From assembly GCA_964399735.1 (NCBI GenBank), contig CAYNSO010000008.1, positions 2,150-66,149 of the forward strand: a stretch of DNA of 64,000 nt, in the 5' to 3' direction. The notes under the pieces are model-generated. The model was not told where the DNA came from. It saw nothing but the letters and a program-made list of their open reading frames with translations, and did no database searches. Shown here in pieces: positions 1-6,915 of the stretch (position 1 is its first letter; every line of letters starts with the position of its first letter). This stretch comes from an uncultured Cytophagia bacterium. GTDB lineage: Bacteria; Zhuqueibacterota; Zhuqueibacteria; Residuimicrobiales; Krinioviventaceae. Position numbers and translations under genes: made by a program.

Positions 1-1638
1 ATCTTTATAGGTTGCTTTTGTGTAGTCTTTCTTAATTCTACCTGTCATTGATTTCACAAATTGTGAATTTTTGAAAAGATTTTTATAATCGAAGAAGTTG
101 TCATTTTCTTGGGTGAACTCGGTTATTTCCCAGTTTATATCTGGCGACATCAATTTCCATAAGTTTTGAAGTGCTTGTTCAAGTTTATCTTTGTTATTTG
201 TTATATAAATTTTTGGATTGTCTATTATATCTTTCCCCAATTCATCTTCTCGTAAAATATCTGCTATTACATGAGAGAAGAAGAAAAGCGCTAATCCATA
301 TTTCCGGATTTTCACATTTTGAAGCAGGTCGGAATTACTATCTACAATATCGTATATTACTTTTGCAAGGTAAATTTTTTCAGCTGAAACCTTTCTTGAA
401 AAAATTTTTGCATAATTAGACCCAAACAAATACTGTTTGAGATGAGTATTATGTGGTTCCTGAAGATAAACCGATGAGATTAATTGTGCTGCAAAATCTT
501 TTTCAATCACTTCAATGAAACCTTCTGCATCTTCTCCTCTTTTGGTCCTATAGAAAATTGAATTACCGAATAGATTCTTGAATTCTCGTTGTAGTGATTT
601 TTGAACAGAATCATTTGACCGCAAATCCCTGATGCTGATTGAATTTTGATTGTTGGCAAAGTAGGTAATATTTTTAACTAGTGGTGAAGTCATTTTTGTT
701 TTTACTATTTTAACTAAGACAAATAAGTTGTTCGTTAATTTATCTTGGTTCTCAAAAAATGTTAGCATTGATTGACAACCATTTATTACTGCATAATTCG
801 AAATTGTAATTTTGTTTTGATTTAAAAATTCATCCAGTTTCTCACAAATAATTGTTATACCGTTGTGGTAAAGGAAGAAGTTTAGATGTTCTTCGTTATT
901 TATAATATTGTCTTTGATTGATTTGTTAACACGGGAATTGCCTACACTATAGCGAACGTTTTTATAAAACAAAGTTCGATCTTGAATCCCTTCTAACTTT
1001 AATAACTGTTTTGCGCTGATTATATAAACTTTTGCTTGTGTTCCATCAGGTAATTGGTACACTATTCGGGAATTGTTTGACATATATAAATCCACTGGCG
1101 GGAAAGTATTCTCGTTATCGGCAAAATAAGTATATTTCTCAAATAGTAGATTTATATCGTAGGATTCCAAATTTTCTGTAGTGGCAATATATTGTTCGGC
1201 ATGCTGGTTAAATTTTTTGTTTGTTATAAAAACTGATACTGTTTTGTAGTGTGTTTTTTCAATTACCATAGATCTGTTGACTAAGGACTTTAATTCGTTA
1301 CTTGCAGTACTATTCAGTAGGTTTTGAACGGATTGTTCATCTTTGACCCATTGCCTTGCTCCGATAAAATTTCTGATATCATTGTCGCCTTGTCTTTGAT
1401 GATCTTGTGGAGAATATTTTGATTGAAATAGAAAGATAATTTCTTCCTCATCATCTACATAAATACCATCAATACCCTTATCATTGGTTTGATCGCAAAT
1501 TGTGTCTTCGGCGTCTTGTTTTTCCAGCCTGAAAAAGTTTTCCAAAAACCAAAATAAAAATGCTGCAGATTCAGATCTTGTTTTAGCATATTCAGTAACT
1601 TCCTCTCGCATTCGGTTATAGAAATCATTTATTTCCAT
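1..1638 (-). CDS. AIPR-family-like abortive infection (Abi) phage-resistance protein; start codon inside window, C-terminus runs off the left window edge (>=546 codons)
   Basis: My own minus-strand translation from ATG at 1638-1636 (MEINDFYNRMREEVTEYAK...) stays open to position 1. I spot-checked the frame at 1-60, 421-480, 601-660, 841-900 and 1081-1140. It is missing from the ORF track because there is no stop inside the window. The motifs DKGIDGIYVDD near the N-terminus and INGCQS mid-protein resemble the AIPR/Abi family, from memory and not verified. The gene is very AT-rich relative to the rest of the window. Confidence 0.5.
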   Translation of the reverse strand, partial: MEINDFYNRMREEVTEYAKTRSESAAFLFWFLENFFRLEKQDAEDTICDQTNDKGIDGIYVDDEEEIIFLFQSKYSPQDHQRQGDNDIRNFIGARQWVKDEQSVQNLLNSTASNELKSLVNRSMVIEKTHYKTVSVFITNKKFNQHAEQYIATTENLESYDINLLFEKYTYFADNENTFPPVDLYMSNNSRIVYQLPDGTQAKVYIISAKQLLKLEGIQDRTLFYKNVRYSVGNSRVNKSIKDNIINNEEHLNFFLYHNGITIICEKLDEFLNQNKITISNYAVINGCQSMLTFFENQDKLTNNLFVLVKIVKTKMTSPLVKNITYFANNQNSISIRDLRSNDSVQKSLQREFKNLFGNSIFYRTKRGEDAEGFIEVIEKDFAAQLISSVYLQEPHNTHLKQYLFGSNYAKIFSRKVSAEKIYLAKVIYDIVDSNSDLLQNVKIRKYGLALFFFSHVIADILREDELGKDIIDNPKIYITNNKDKLEQALQNLWKLMSPDINWEITEFTQENDNFFDYKNLFKNSQFVKSMTGRIKKDYTKATYKD

Positions 1639-1687
1639 GTTAATATTCCCTTTTATTTTGCTAATTTTTTCTTCATATAATGTTTGG

Positions 1688-1788
1688 GCAGGGCCTGCGG
1701 CACGGCAGGACAACTTGTCCTGCTTTATTGTGTGGCCTGGGGAACATCCCCGCTTGTGGCGGTGCGTTGTCCCAGGGCGAGCTAGAGT
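1688..1788. repeat. GC-rich structured dispersed repeat, copy C1 (two hairpins: caggacaa/ttgtcctg and cctggg...cccagg with inner ccgc/gcgg)
   Basis: Sits between the stop of the 137-aa gene (1789-1791) and the AIPR start. It is homologous to copies at 2262-2313, 3557-3650, 3754-3800 and 5581-5645, and shares the 3' tail cccagggcgagc(t)agagtt with C5. Confidence 0.7.
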
Positions 1789-2202
1789 TTACATTGTTAA
1801 AACAGTCAATGCTTTGTCGCAGTCTTTATGCTCAAGGTAGAGAATGACGCCATAACCGGCATTTATATCGGCGATTCCACAGGCCTCGCCCACCTGAATC
1901 CCTGCCTGGGATAATTTTTTATAGATATCAGCGAGCGCCCCCGCTTTTTCATCACCTTTGATAAATAATGCAGAGTAAGGGCCATCCAATTCCCAACCCG
2001 ACTTTATAGCGCCATTGGTCAGTTTTGAGCTGTCTTTGGCAAAGAGAGTAAAGCGGGTTTTGTCAGGTTTCACAGGTATTGCTTTGAAAGCATGAAAATC
2101 AACGCCGGCAGCGGCTACTGCATTGAGCATTTTTGCGGCGTCGGTTATGTGATTTTCGACTGTGATGTTATAGTATTCAATTTGTAAAACATCAAGAGCC
2201 AT
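1789..2202 (-). CDS. hypothetical small soluble protein with two ACT-like repeats
   Basis: 137-aa ORF with protein-like composition and two internally similar halves (…AAKMLNAVAAAGVDFHAF… / …KAGALADIYKKLSQAGIQV…). It is co-oriented with its neighbours. Confidence 0.5.
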   Translation of the reverse strand: MALDVLQIEYYNITVENHITDAAKMLNAVAAAGVDFHAFKAIPVKPDKTRFTLFAKDSSKLTNGAIKSGWELDGPYSALFIKGDEKAGALADIYKKLSQAGIQVGEACGIADINAGYGVILYLEHKDCDKALTVLTM

Positions 2203-2254
2203 ACATTCTCCTTGCGAGGTTAAAATATCTTTTTCTTTTTAAAAACTTGCAGAT

Positions 2255-2380
2255 CAGACCAGCGGACCGGGGAACATCTCCGCCTGTGGCGGATCTTTTA
2301 CCCGGTCCGGGCAGTAGATTTTTCGTTGCGCATGAAATGACAAGAGTTTGTAGAGCTGGCCTGCAAACCGGCAGGTCAAC
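2255..2380. repeat. GC-rich structured dispersed repeat, copy C2 (ggaccgggg...cccggtcc hairpin, plus second hairpin cctgcaaaccggcagg)
   Basis: The core aacatctccgcctgtggcggatc matches C3a over 23 nt with a single mismatch. It lies between the 137-aa gene start and the OM-barrel stop. Confidence 0.65.
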
Positions 2381-2453
2381 TAACATGAAAACCAATACGG
2401 TTTTACCATCCTCGGTTGAAACTTTCAGTTCATGTTGCCGGTTAGCCGGCGCC

Positions 2454-3179
2454 TTAAAAGTGTACTGCGACTCCCAATCGAATTGAATGAAGCGTAATTT
2501 GCCATCCGTCTGAACTAGACGTTGAGGTGTTCTTATCAAAAGAAGACGTATCTGTTGTCTTGTTCAAATAATTACTATCATTCCAATTGTGTAGTGCTGA
2601 TATTTGATATTCTGCCAGTATGCTAAAACTTGAAGTAATAAAAGCTTCACATCCCAAAGTTCCCCTTAATCCCATTCCCAGGGTTGAAGAATTATTTTCA
2701 TATTCTTCATAGCTAATTGGTGAGTTCGTTCCGCTCCTGTTTGTGTTTTGGCTAGATGTCGATTTACTATAAGCGGTTACGATACCCAAGCCAAGAAACG
2801 GGTGAACATCTTTTTTTAAAGTTAACAGATAAATATAAGATGCAACAAAATCAACTGAATATTCTTTTCCGGATACTGAGCTATTTGTGTCAATATAATA
2901 CGATGAATTTGTGTCTGAATTTGTATGCTTGGAGTCTTTGTCGGACGTATTCGAGTTAAGCGCCAAGTCGAGTGTAAAACGCAACTGAGACTGTTGAAAA
3001 AGCGGCTTACAATAAGATGCCGCAAGACCACCAATAATGTGAAATTGTACTGCTTGATTGTTTTCCGATTGGTCATTAATAACTGCGGATTGCATTTCCT
3101 GGGCATTGACTATAACAGGAATAAACAGGAAAGTGATAAATAAAGCAATACCGGTAGAAAGAGTGAAAAGTTTATTCAT
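2454..3179 (-). CDS. secreted outer-membrane beta-barrel protein (OmpW/OmpA-like), N/S/T-rich
   Basis: Signal peptide MNKLFTLSTGIALFITFLFIPVIVNA-QE, a C-terminal ...GVAVHF terminal Phe typical of OM barrels, and an AGGAGG RBS upstream. The gene is AT-rich. Confidence 0.6.
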   Translation of the reverse strand: MNKLFTLSTGIALFITFLFIPVIVNAQEMQSAVINDQSENNQAVQFHIIGGLAASYCKPLFQQSQLRFTLDLALNSNTSDKDSKHTNSDTNSSYYIDTNSSVSGKEYSVDFVASYIYLLTLKKDVHPFLGLGIVTAYSKSTSSQNTNRSGTNSPISYEEYENNSSTLGMGLRGTLGCEAFITSSFSILAEYQISALHNWNDSNYLNKTTDTSSFDKNTSTSSSDGWQITLHSIRLGVAVHF

Positions 3180-3512
3180 TGGATCCTCCTTTTAAGATGT
3201 TTAAACGCTGACTAGCATATTATTTTTTTAACTGCAAATAATCTTTTTCTTCATGGAAAAAAATTATGATTAAAAGATTGTTTGTTCCATTTATGCAGGT
3301 GTGTATACCGTAATACTTGACTATTACCAAAACTTGTCAATCCTGCCCAACTATCTTTCAGTAAATAATATAATATACAAGTAAATCCCGCCGCACCCAT
3401 GACATATCATCCATATCGAATATGGTTAATTAAGTAAATTTTGCGGATATATGCAAGAAATATTTTTAAATGTCAAACGTGAGACGTGAGACGTGAAACG
3501 TGAAACGAAAGA

Positions 3513-3545
3513 CAATTACGAATGTCGAATTACGAATTACAAATT
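3513..3545. repeat. 33-bp direct repeat copy 1 (caattacgaatgtcgaattacgaattacaaattg)
   Basis: Recurs at 3804-3836 with one mismatch (c to t). Confidence 0.8.
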
Positions 3546-3556
3546 GCTTGAGATCA

Positions 3557-3700
3557 AGCCTGCGGCCCGGCAGGGCACAATGCTCTGTATTGTTGTGCGG
3601 ACTGGGGAACATCTCCGCCTGCGGCGGATCTCCGACCCAGTCCGAGCAGGAAGCCCTGCGCCAACGTGCAGCCTGGAACAAGGGGCTTTTGCCCCTTGCA
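3557..3700. repeat. GC-rich structured dispersed repeat, copy C3a (full two-hairpin element plus extra tail hairpin aaggggcttttgcccctt)
   Basis: gcctgcggcccggcagggcacaatgctctg…ggactggggaacatctccgcctgcggcggatctccgacccagtcc. It carries compensatory changes relative to C1 and C2. Confidence 0.7.
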
Positions 3701-3753
3701 TTACAGCCCAAAGGTGGACAATCTGGACAATATGGATGGGAGCGCATACGACG

Positions 3754-3800
3754 CGCCTGCGTCCCGGCAGGGCACAATGCCCTGCGTTATTGTACGGAGG
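3754..3800. repeat. GC-rich structured repeat, partial copy C3b (first hairpin only: cagggca-ca-tgccctg)
   Basis: gcctgcgtcccggcagggcacaatgccctgcgttattgtacgg aligns to the 5' half of C3a. Confidence 0.65.
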
Positions 3801-3803
3801 AAG

Positions 3804-3836
3804 CAATTACGAATGTCGAATTATGAATTACAAATT
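3804..3836. repeat. 33-bp direct repeat copy 2
   Basis: caattacgaatgtcgaattatgaattacaaattg. Confidence 0.8.
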
Positions 3837-3905
3837 GTGAATAACGAACAGGTTGGTTTTGTGGTGGAGGAATGGAAATGCAATAATCTTTTTACTTTTC
3901 AGCAT

Positions 3906-3958
3906 CTGTCGGCTAAAAGCTGTCGGCTGAAAACTGATAGCTGACCACTGACAGCTTC
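3906..3958. repeat. degenerate tandem 14-mer array (ctgtcggctaaaag / ctgtcggctgaaaa / ctgatagctgacca / ctgacagcttcc)
   Basis: Four head-to-tail units, read directly from the sequence. Confidence 0.6.
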
Positions 3959-4213
3959 CCCATCACGTTTCACATCTCACTTCTCACGTCTGCCGTTTCA
4001 CGTCTCACATCTTTCGTCTCACGTCTGCCGTCTCACGTTTGACCGTTTCCAAAACAGCGATCTATCTCTCCACACCACCGAAACATGAAAATTTGCATAA
4101 TAATCCAACAGCCAACCACATTTCATCTTGATTCTTAACGCAGGAATTTCTATGTTTGTCCGGCGAGTATAGACTCTAAAATCGGTTTGCTGTAGAAAGT
4201 ATGAAACGCTACT

Positions 4214-4795
4214 ATGGATCCAGTGAATAAAGCCATCCGTTTTGCGGCGCAGGCGCATGACGGCCAGAAACGTAAAGGCACGGATATTCCCTATCTTACC
4301 CATCCCTTTGCGGTGGCCATGCTGTTGCAGCAGGAAGGCTGCGCCGAAGATGTGGTCATCGCCGGGCTGCTGCACGATGTGGTGGAGGATACGCCGGTGA
4401 CGATTGAGCAGGTAGAGGCGGAGTTCGGCAGCCGGGTCGCGGCCATTGTGCTGCAATGTACCGATGATGCAACGATTGCCTCCTGGCAAGCGCGCAAACA
4501 GGCGCTGCTCGCAAAGTTGAAAACCGCGCCCCTGCCGGTCAAGTACGTGGCCTGTGCGGACAAATTGCATAATATCAGCGCCATAGTTACGGATTACGCC
4601 GAACAGGGCGAGTCCTTATGGGTGCGGCTGGGCCGGGGATACGCGGAACATAAATGGTATTACCGGGCGCTGGTTGAAAGTATATTGTTTGGCGTTGAAC
4701 CGGCAGCGGCCAATTCCATATTTGTCCGGTTCCGGGATAAAGTAGCCGAGTTTATTACCCTTGTTGAACAAGAGAATGGAAATTTGCATGTATGA
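4214..4795 (+). CDS. HD-domain (p)ppGpp hydrolase-like protein (RelA/SpoT hydrolase domain only; small alarmone hydrolase-like)
   Basis: HDGQKRKG…PYLTHP…LLHDVVEDT motifs; GC-rich (about 58%). Confidence 0.75.
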   Translation: MDPVNKAIRFAAQAHDGQKRKGTDIPYLTHPFAVAMLLQQEGCAEDVVIAGLLHDVVEDTPVTIEQVEAEFGSRVAAIVLQCTDDATIASWQARKQALLAKLKTAPLPVKYVACADKLHNISAIVTDYAEQGESLWVRLGRGYAEHKWYYRALVESILFGVEPAAANSIFVRFRDKVAEFITLVEQENGNLHV

Positions 4796-5420
4796 AAAGA
4801 TAGAACCGAGTCCCTGGAACACGATCTGGCTCAAGCCCAAAGAAACCATCCGCCGGATAGTGGATAGCAACCCGCGCTACCAGGTGTTGTTTTTAGCTGT
4901 TTTGGGCGGCATCGGGCAGACCCTGGCCAATGCACGCGGTATGGGCGATATGTTACCTTTTGGCGCTTTATTACTATTGTGCATTTTGGCCGGGCCAATG
5001 GGTGGACTGCTGTCTCTTTACCTCACCGGGTTTGTAATGCACTGGACGGGCAAAAGACTGGGCGGTGTAGCCACACGGGAGCAGGTGCGGGCGGTGATTG
5101 CCTGGTCCTGGGCGCCGATTGTGTATACTTTGCCGTTGTGGGGCGTGAAATATATATTATTTCGGGAAGAGTTGTTCACCACCGGCAAGGCGTTTATTGA
5201 ATCCCAGTCGGTGTTGTCGTTTTTGTTTGAATTATTTGCCGTAGTGGATTTTGTTATAGTGATATGGTATTTGCTGATCCTGTTCACCGGGTTGGCGGAA
5301 GTAAACCGGATGTCGGTGATGCGCAGCATTGGCGCAGCGATACTGGCGTTTGTGCTGGTGGGTATTCCGGCGATGCTGCTGGTATATTTTATGGCGCCGC
5401 AGGGTATGCTGGGACAATAG
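4788..5420 (+). CDS. Yip1-domain family membrane protein
   Basis: Multi-TM protein beginning MYEKIEPSPWNTIWLKPKETIRRIVD. It overlaps the HD gene stop via ATGTATGA; the track's alternative start at 4761 is also possible. Confidence 0.55.
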   Translation: MYEKIEPSPWNTIWLKPKETIRRIVDSNPRYQVLFLAVLGGIGQTLANARGMGDMLPFGALLLLCILAGPMGGLLSLYLTGFVMHWTGKRLGGVATREQVRAVIAWSWAPIVYTLPLWGVKYILFREELFTTGKAFIESQSVLSFLFELFAVVDFVIVIWYLLILFTGLAEVNRMSVMRSIGAAILAFVLVGIPAMLLVYFMAPQGMLGQ

Positions 5421-5433
5421 CGGGTTGCAGATG

Positions 5434-5877
5434 GCGCGCGTCTCGATACGGGCCGGAATTGCATCTTGTGAGATTTGACGGTTGTATGAACGGATTCGTT
5501 CTTTTAAAGTAAATTTTACGGCCCTACTCGACGACCGCGCCTCGCATTTGTATGAAACTGTGTTTTTCATAATTGTATATTTCAGGACAACATGTCCTGT
5601 TTTAATTGACTCCCTGGGAAGCATTCCCAGGGCGAGCAGAGTTGTTCTTGAATAAGCCGGTCCCCGAGTAAAAGCTGCGAACCCGCGCGCGGGTGAGCTG
5701 CTTTGTATCGAGGGGGCAGTTCTGCAAGCTCACACAAATCCTTTTGCTATTGTGGGCATCTCGATACGGTTCGAAAGATAAAGCAACGAACCTACTCGAT
5801 GACCGGTTATGTTTTGCTTTGGCGCGCATCTTGAGATGAGGCGTTCCACAAGGCGGCCCTGCTCGACGATTGGGCCA
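5434..5877. repeat. intergenic degenerate direct repeats (units tctcgatacgg / catcttg(tg)agat / cctactcgacgaccg recurring 2-3 times) plus GC palindrome cccgcgcgcggg
   Basis: 5434-5541 compared with 5755-5877. ctactcgacgacc-type motif at 5519, 5787 and 5855; tctcgatacgg at 5441 and 5759. Confidence 0.55.
5581..5645. repeat. GC-rich structured dispersed repeat, short copy C5 (caggaca-ac-tgtcctg and ctggga-agcat-tcccag, tail cccagggcgagcagagttg)
   Basis: Same orientation as C1 and shares its 3' tail. The inner ccgcc/ggcgg mini-hairpin is deleted. Confidence 0.65.
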
Positions 5878-5880
5878 TTT

Positions 5881-5909
5881 ATCTGCGGGAATCTGCGTAA
5901 TCTGCGGAT
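5881..5909 (+). promoter_or_regulatory. three tandem 9-mers (atctgcggg aatctgcgt aatctgcgg) 38 bp upstream of the AKR start; candidate regulator-binding array
   Basis: Tandem 9-mers read directly from the sequence. Confidence 0.3.
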
Positions 5910-5946
5910 AAAAACATAAAGAAGAAATTGTAAAGGATTTGATAAT

Positions 5947-6888
5947 ATGCAAAAACGAAAGCTGGGCAGCGCCGGGCCGGACTTGACCGAAATCGGACTG
6001 GGCGCGTGGGCGATAGGCGGGCCCTGGGCCTGGGGCTGGGGACAATCCGACGACGAGGAATCGGTTCGCACTATCCATAAAGCCATTGACCTGGGCATCA
6101 ACTGGATCGACACCGCGGCTGCGTATGGCCTGGGTCATTCCGAAGAGATCGTCGGTCAGGCGATCAAGGGAATACGCGACAAGGTATTTGTTGCCACCAA
6201 ATGCGGACTGGCCTGGAACAGCAAAAAGCAGTTCCGCAACGACCTGTCCGTACAAAATATCCGCAATGAAGTGGAAGCGAGTTTGAAGCGTTTGCAGGTT
6301 GAGACAATCGATCTGTACCAGTTCCACTGGCCGGATCCAAAAGTCCTGGTGGAAAAATCCTGGGAAGTGATGGTCAAGCTGAAAAAAGAGGGCAAGATTC
6401 GCTGGCTGGGCGTATCCAATTTTACAGTCGAGTTGTTGGCGCGCTGCGAAAAAATTCATCATATCGATTCCCTGCAGCCGCAGTACAGCCTGTTCCGGCG
6501 CGGTATTGAAAAAGATGTATTGCCATGGTGTCTGGAAAACGGCGTCGGCGTGGTGTGTTACAGCCCCATGTTTTCGGGAATGTTGACCGGCAGTTTCGAC
6601 GTTACCAAACTGGCTAACGATGACTGGCGCAGAAAGAATGTCGAATACCGCGAACCGAAATTGAGCGAAAACATACAGCGCGTGGAAAAACTGCGACCCA
6701 TTGCGGAGAAATACAGCAAAACCATCGGCCAGTTGGCAGTGGCCTGGGTGTTAAAACATCCGGCGGTAACCTCGGCAATTGTCGGCGCGCGGCGGGCGAC
6801 GCAGGTTGAAGAAAATACCGGTTCGGTTGGATTCAGCATCGACCCGGAAGATATTAAAACAATAGAGGAATTGTTTCCGGTTTCCTGA
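5947..6888 (+). CDS. aldo/keto reductase family oxidoreductase
   Basis: …GLGAWAIGG…IDTAAAYG… motifs; about 313 aa; GC-rich. Confidence 0.9.
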   Translation: MQKRKLGSAGPDLTEIGLGAWAIGGPWAWGWGQSDDEESVRTIHKAIDLGINWIDTAAAYGLGHSEEIVGQAIKGIRDKVFVATKCGLAWNSKKQFRNDLSVQNIRNEVEASLKRLQVETIDLYQFHWPDPKVLVEKSWEVMVKLKKEGKIRWLGVSNFTVELLARCEKIHHIDSLQPQYSLFRRGIEKDVLPWCLENGVGVVCYSPMFSGMLTGSFDVTKLANDDWRRKNVEYREPKLSENIQRVEKLRPIAEKYSKTIGQLAVAWVLKHPAVTSAIVGARRATQVEENTGSVGFSIDPEDIKTIEELFPVS

Positions 6889-6915
6889 ATTGTAGATTAA
6901 TCTCGCGGGTGAAAA

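Larger units (their letters stand above)
3472..4043. repeat. composite repeat locus: inverted arrays of tandem ACGTGAG-type heptamers (left 3472-3513, about 5 units; right 3963-4043, about 11 units, opposite orientation) bracketing 33-bp direct repeats, two structured-element copies and a 14-mer tandem array
   Basis: Left end gtcaaacgtgagacgtgagacgtgaaacgtgaaacgaaagac. The right end is its reverse-complement-type array cgtttcacatctcacttctcacgtctgccgtttcacgtctcac…cgtctcacgtttgac. The first 15 bp of both arms are identical (gtcaaacgtgagacg). Confidence 0.75.

Noticed and set aside
171-419. 82-aa plus-strand track ORF
   Set aside because: It lies entirely antisense inside the long minus-strand AIPR-like reading frame and has low-complexity, AT-driven composition.
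1688-3800. Possibility that the repeated hairpin elements form a CRISPR array
   Set aside because: Spacing is irregular (about 500 to 1200 bp), the copies differ substantially, protein-coding genes lie between them, and no cas genes are present.
3466-3944. Five overlapping track ORFs on both strands (89-115 aa) across the repeat locus
   Set aside because: They span GC-rich inverted and tandem repeats, overlap one another in several frames and have R/P/G-rich translations. Stop-poor GC repeats explain them better than coding.
3472-4043. Retron (msr-msd) or DGR template/variable repeat interpretation of the inverted or duplicated segments
   Set aside because: There is no reverse-transcriptase ORF anywhere nearby, and the differences between duplicated segments are not adenine-specific.
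5602-6462. 286-aa and 127-aa minus-strand ORFs
   Set aside because: They are antisense to the well-supported aldo/keto reductase gene, a typical GC-rich shadow ORF.
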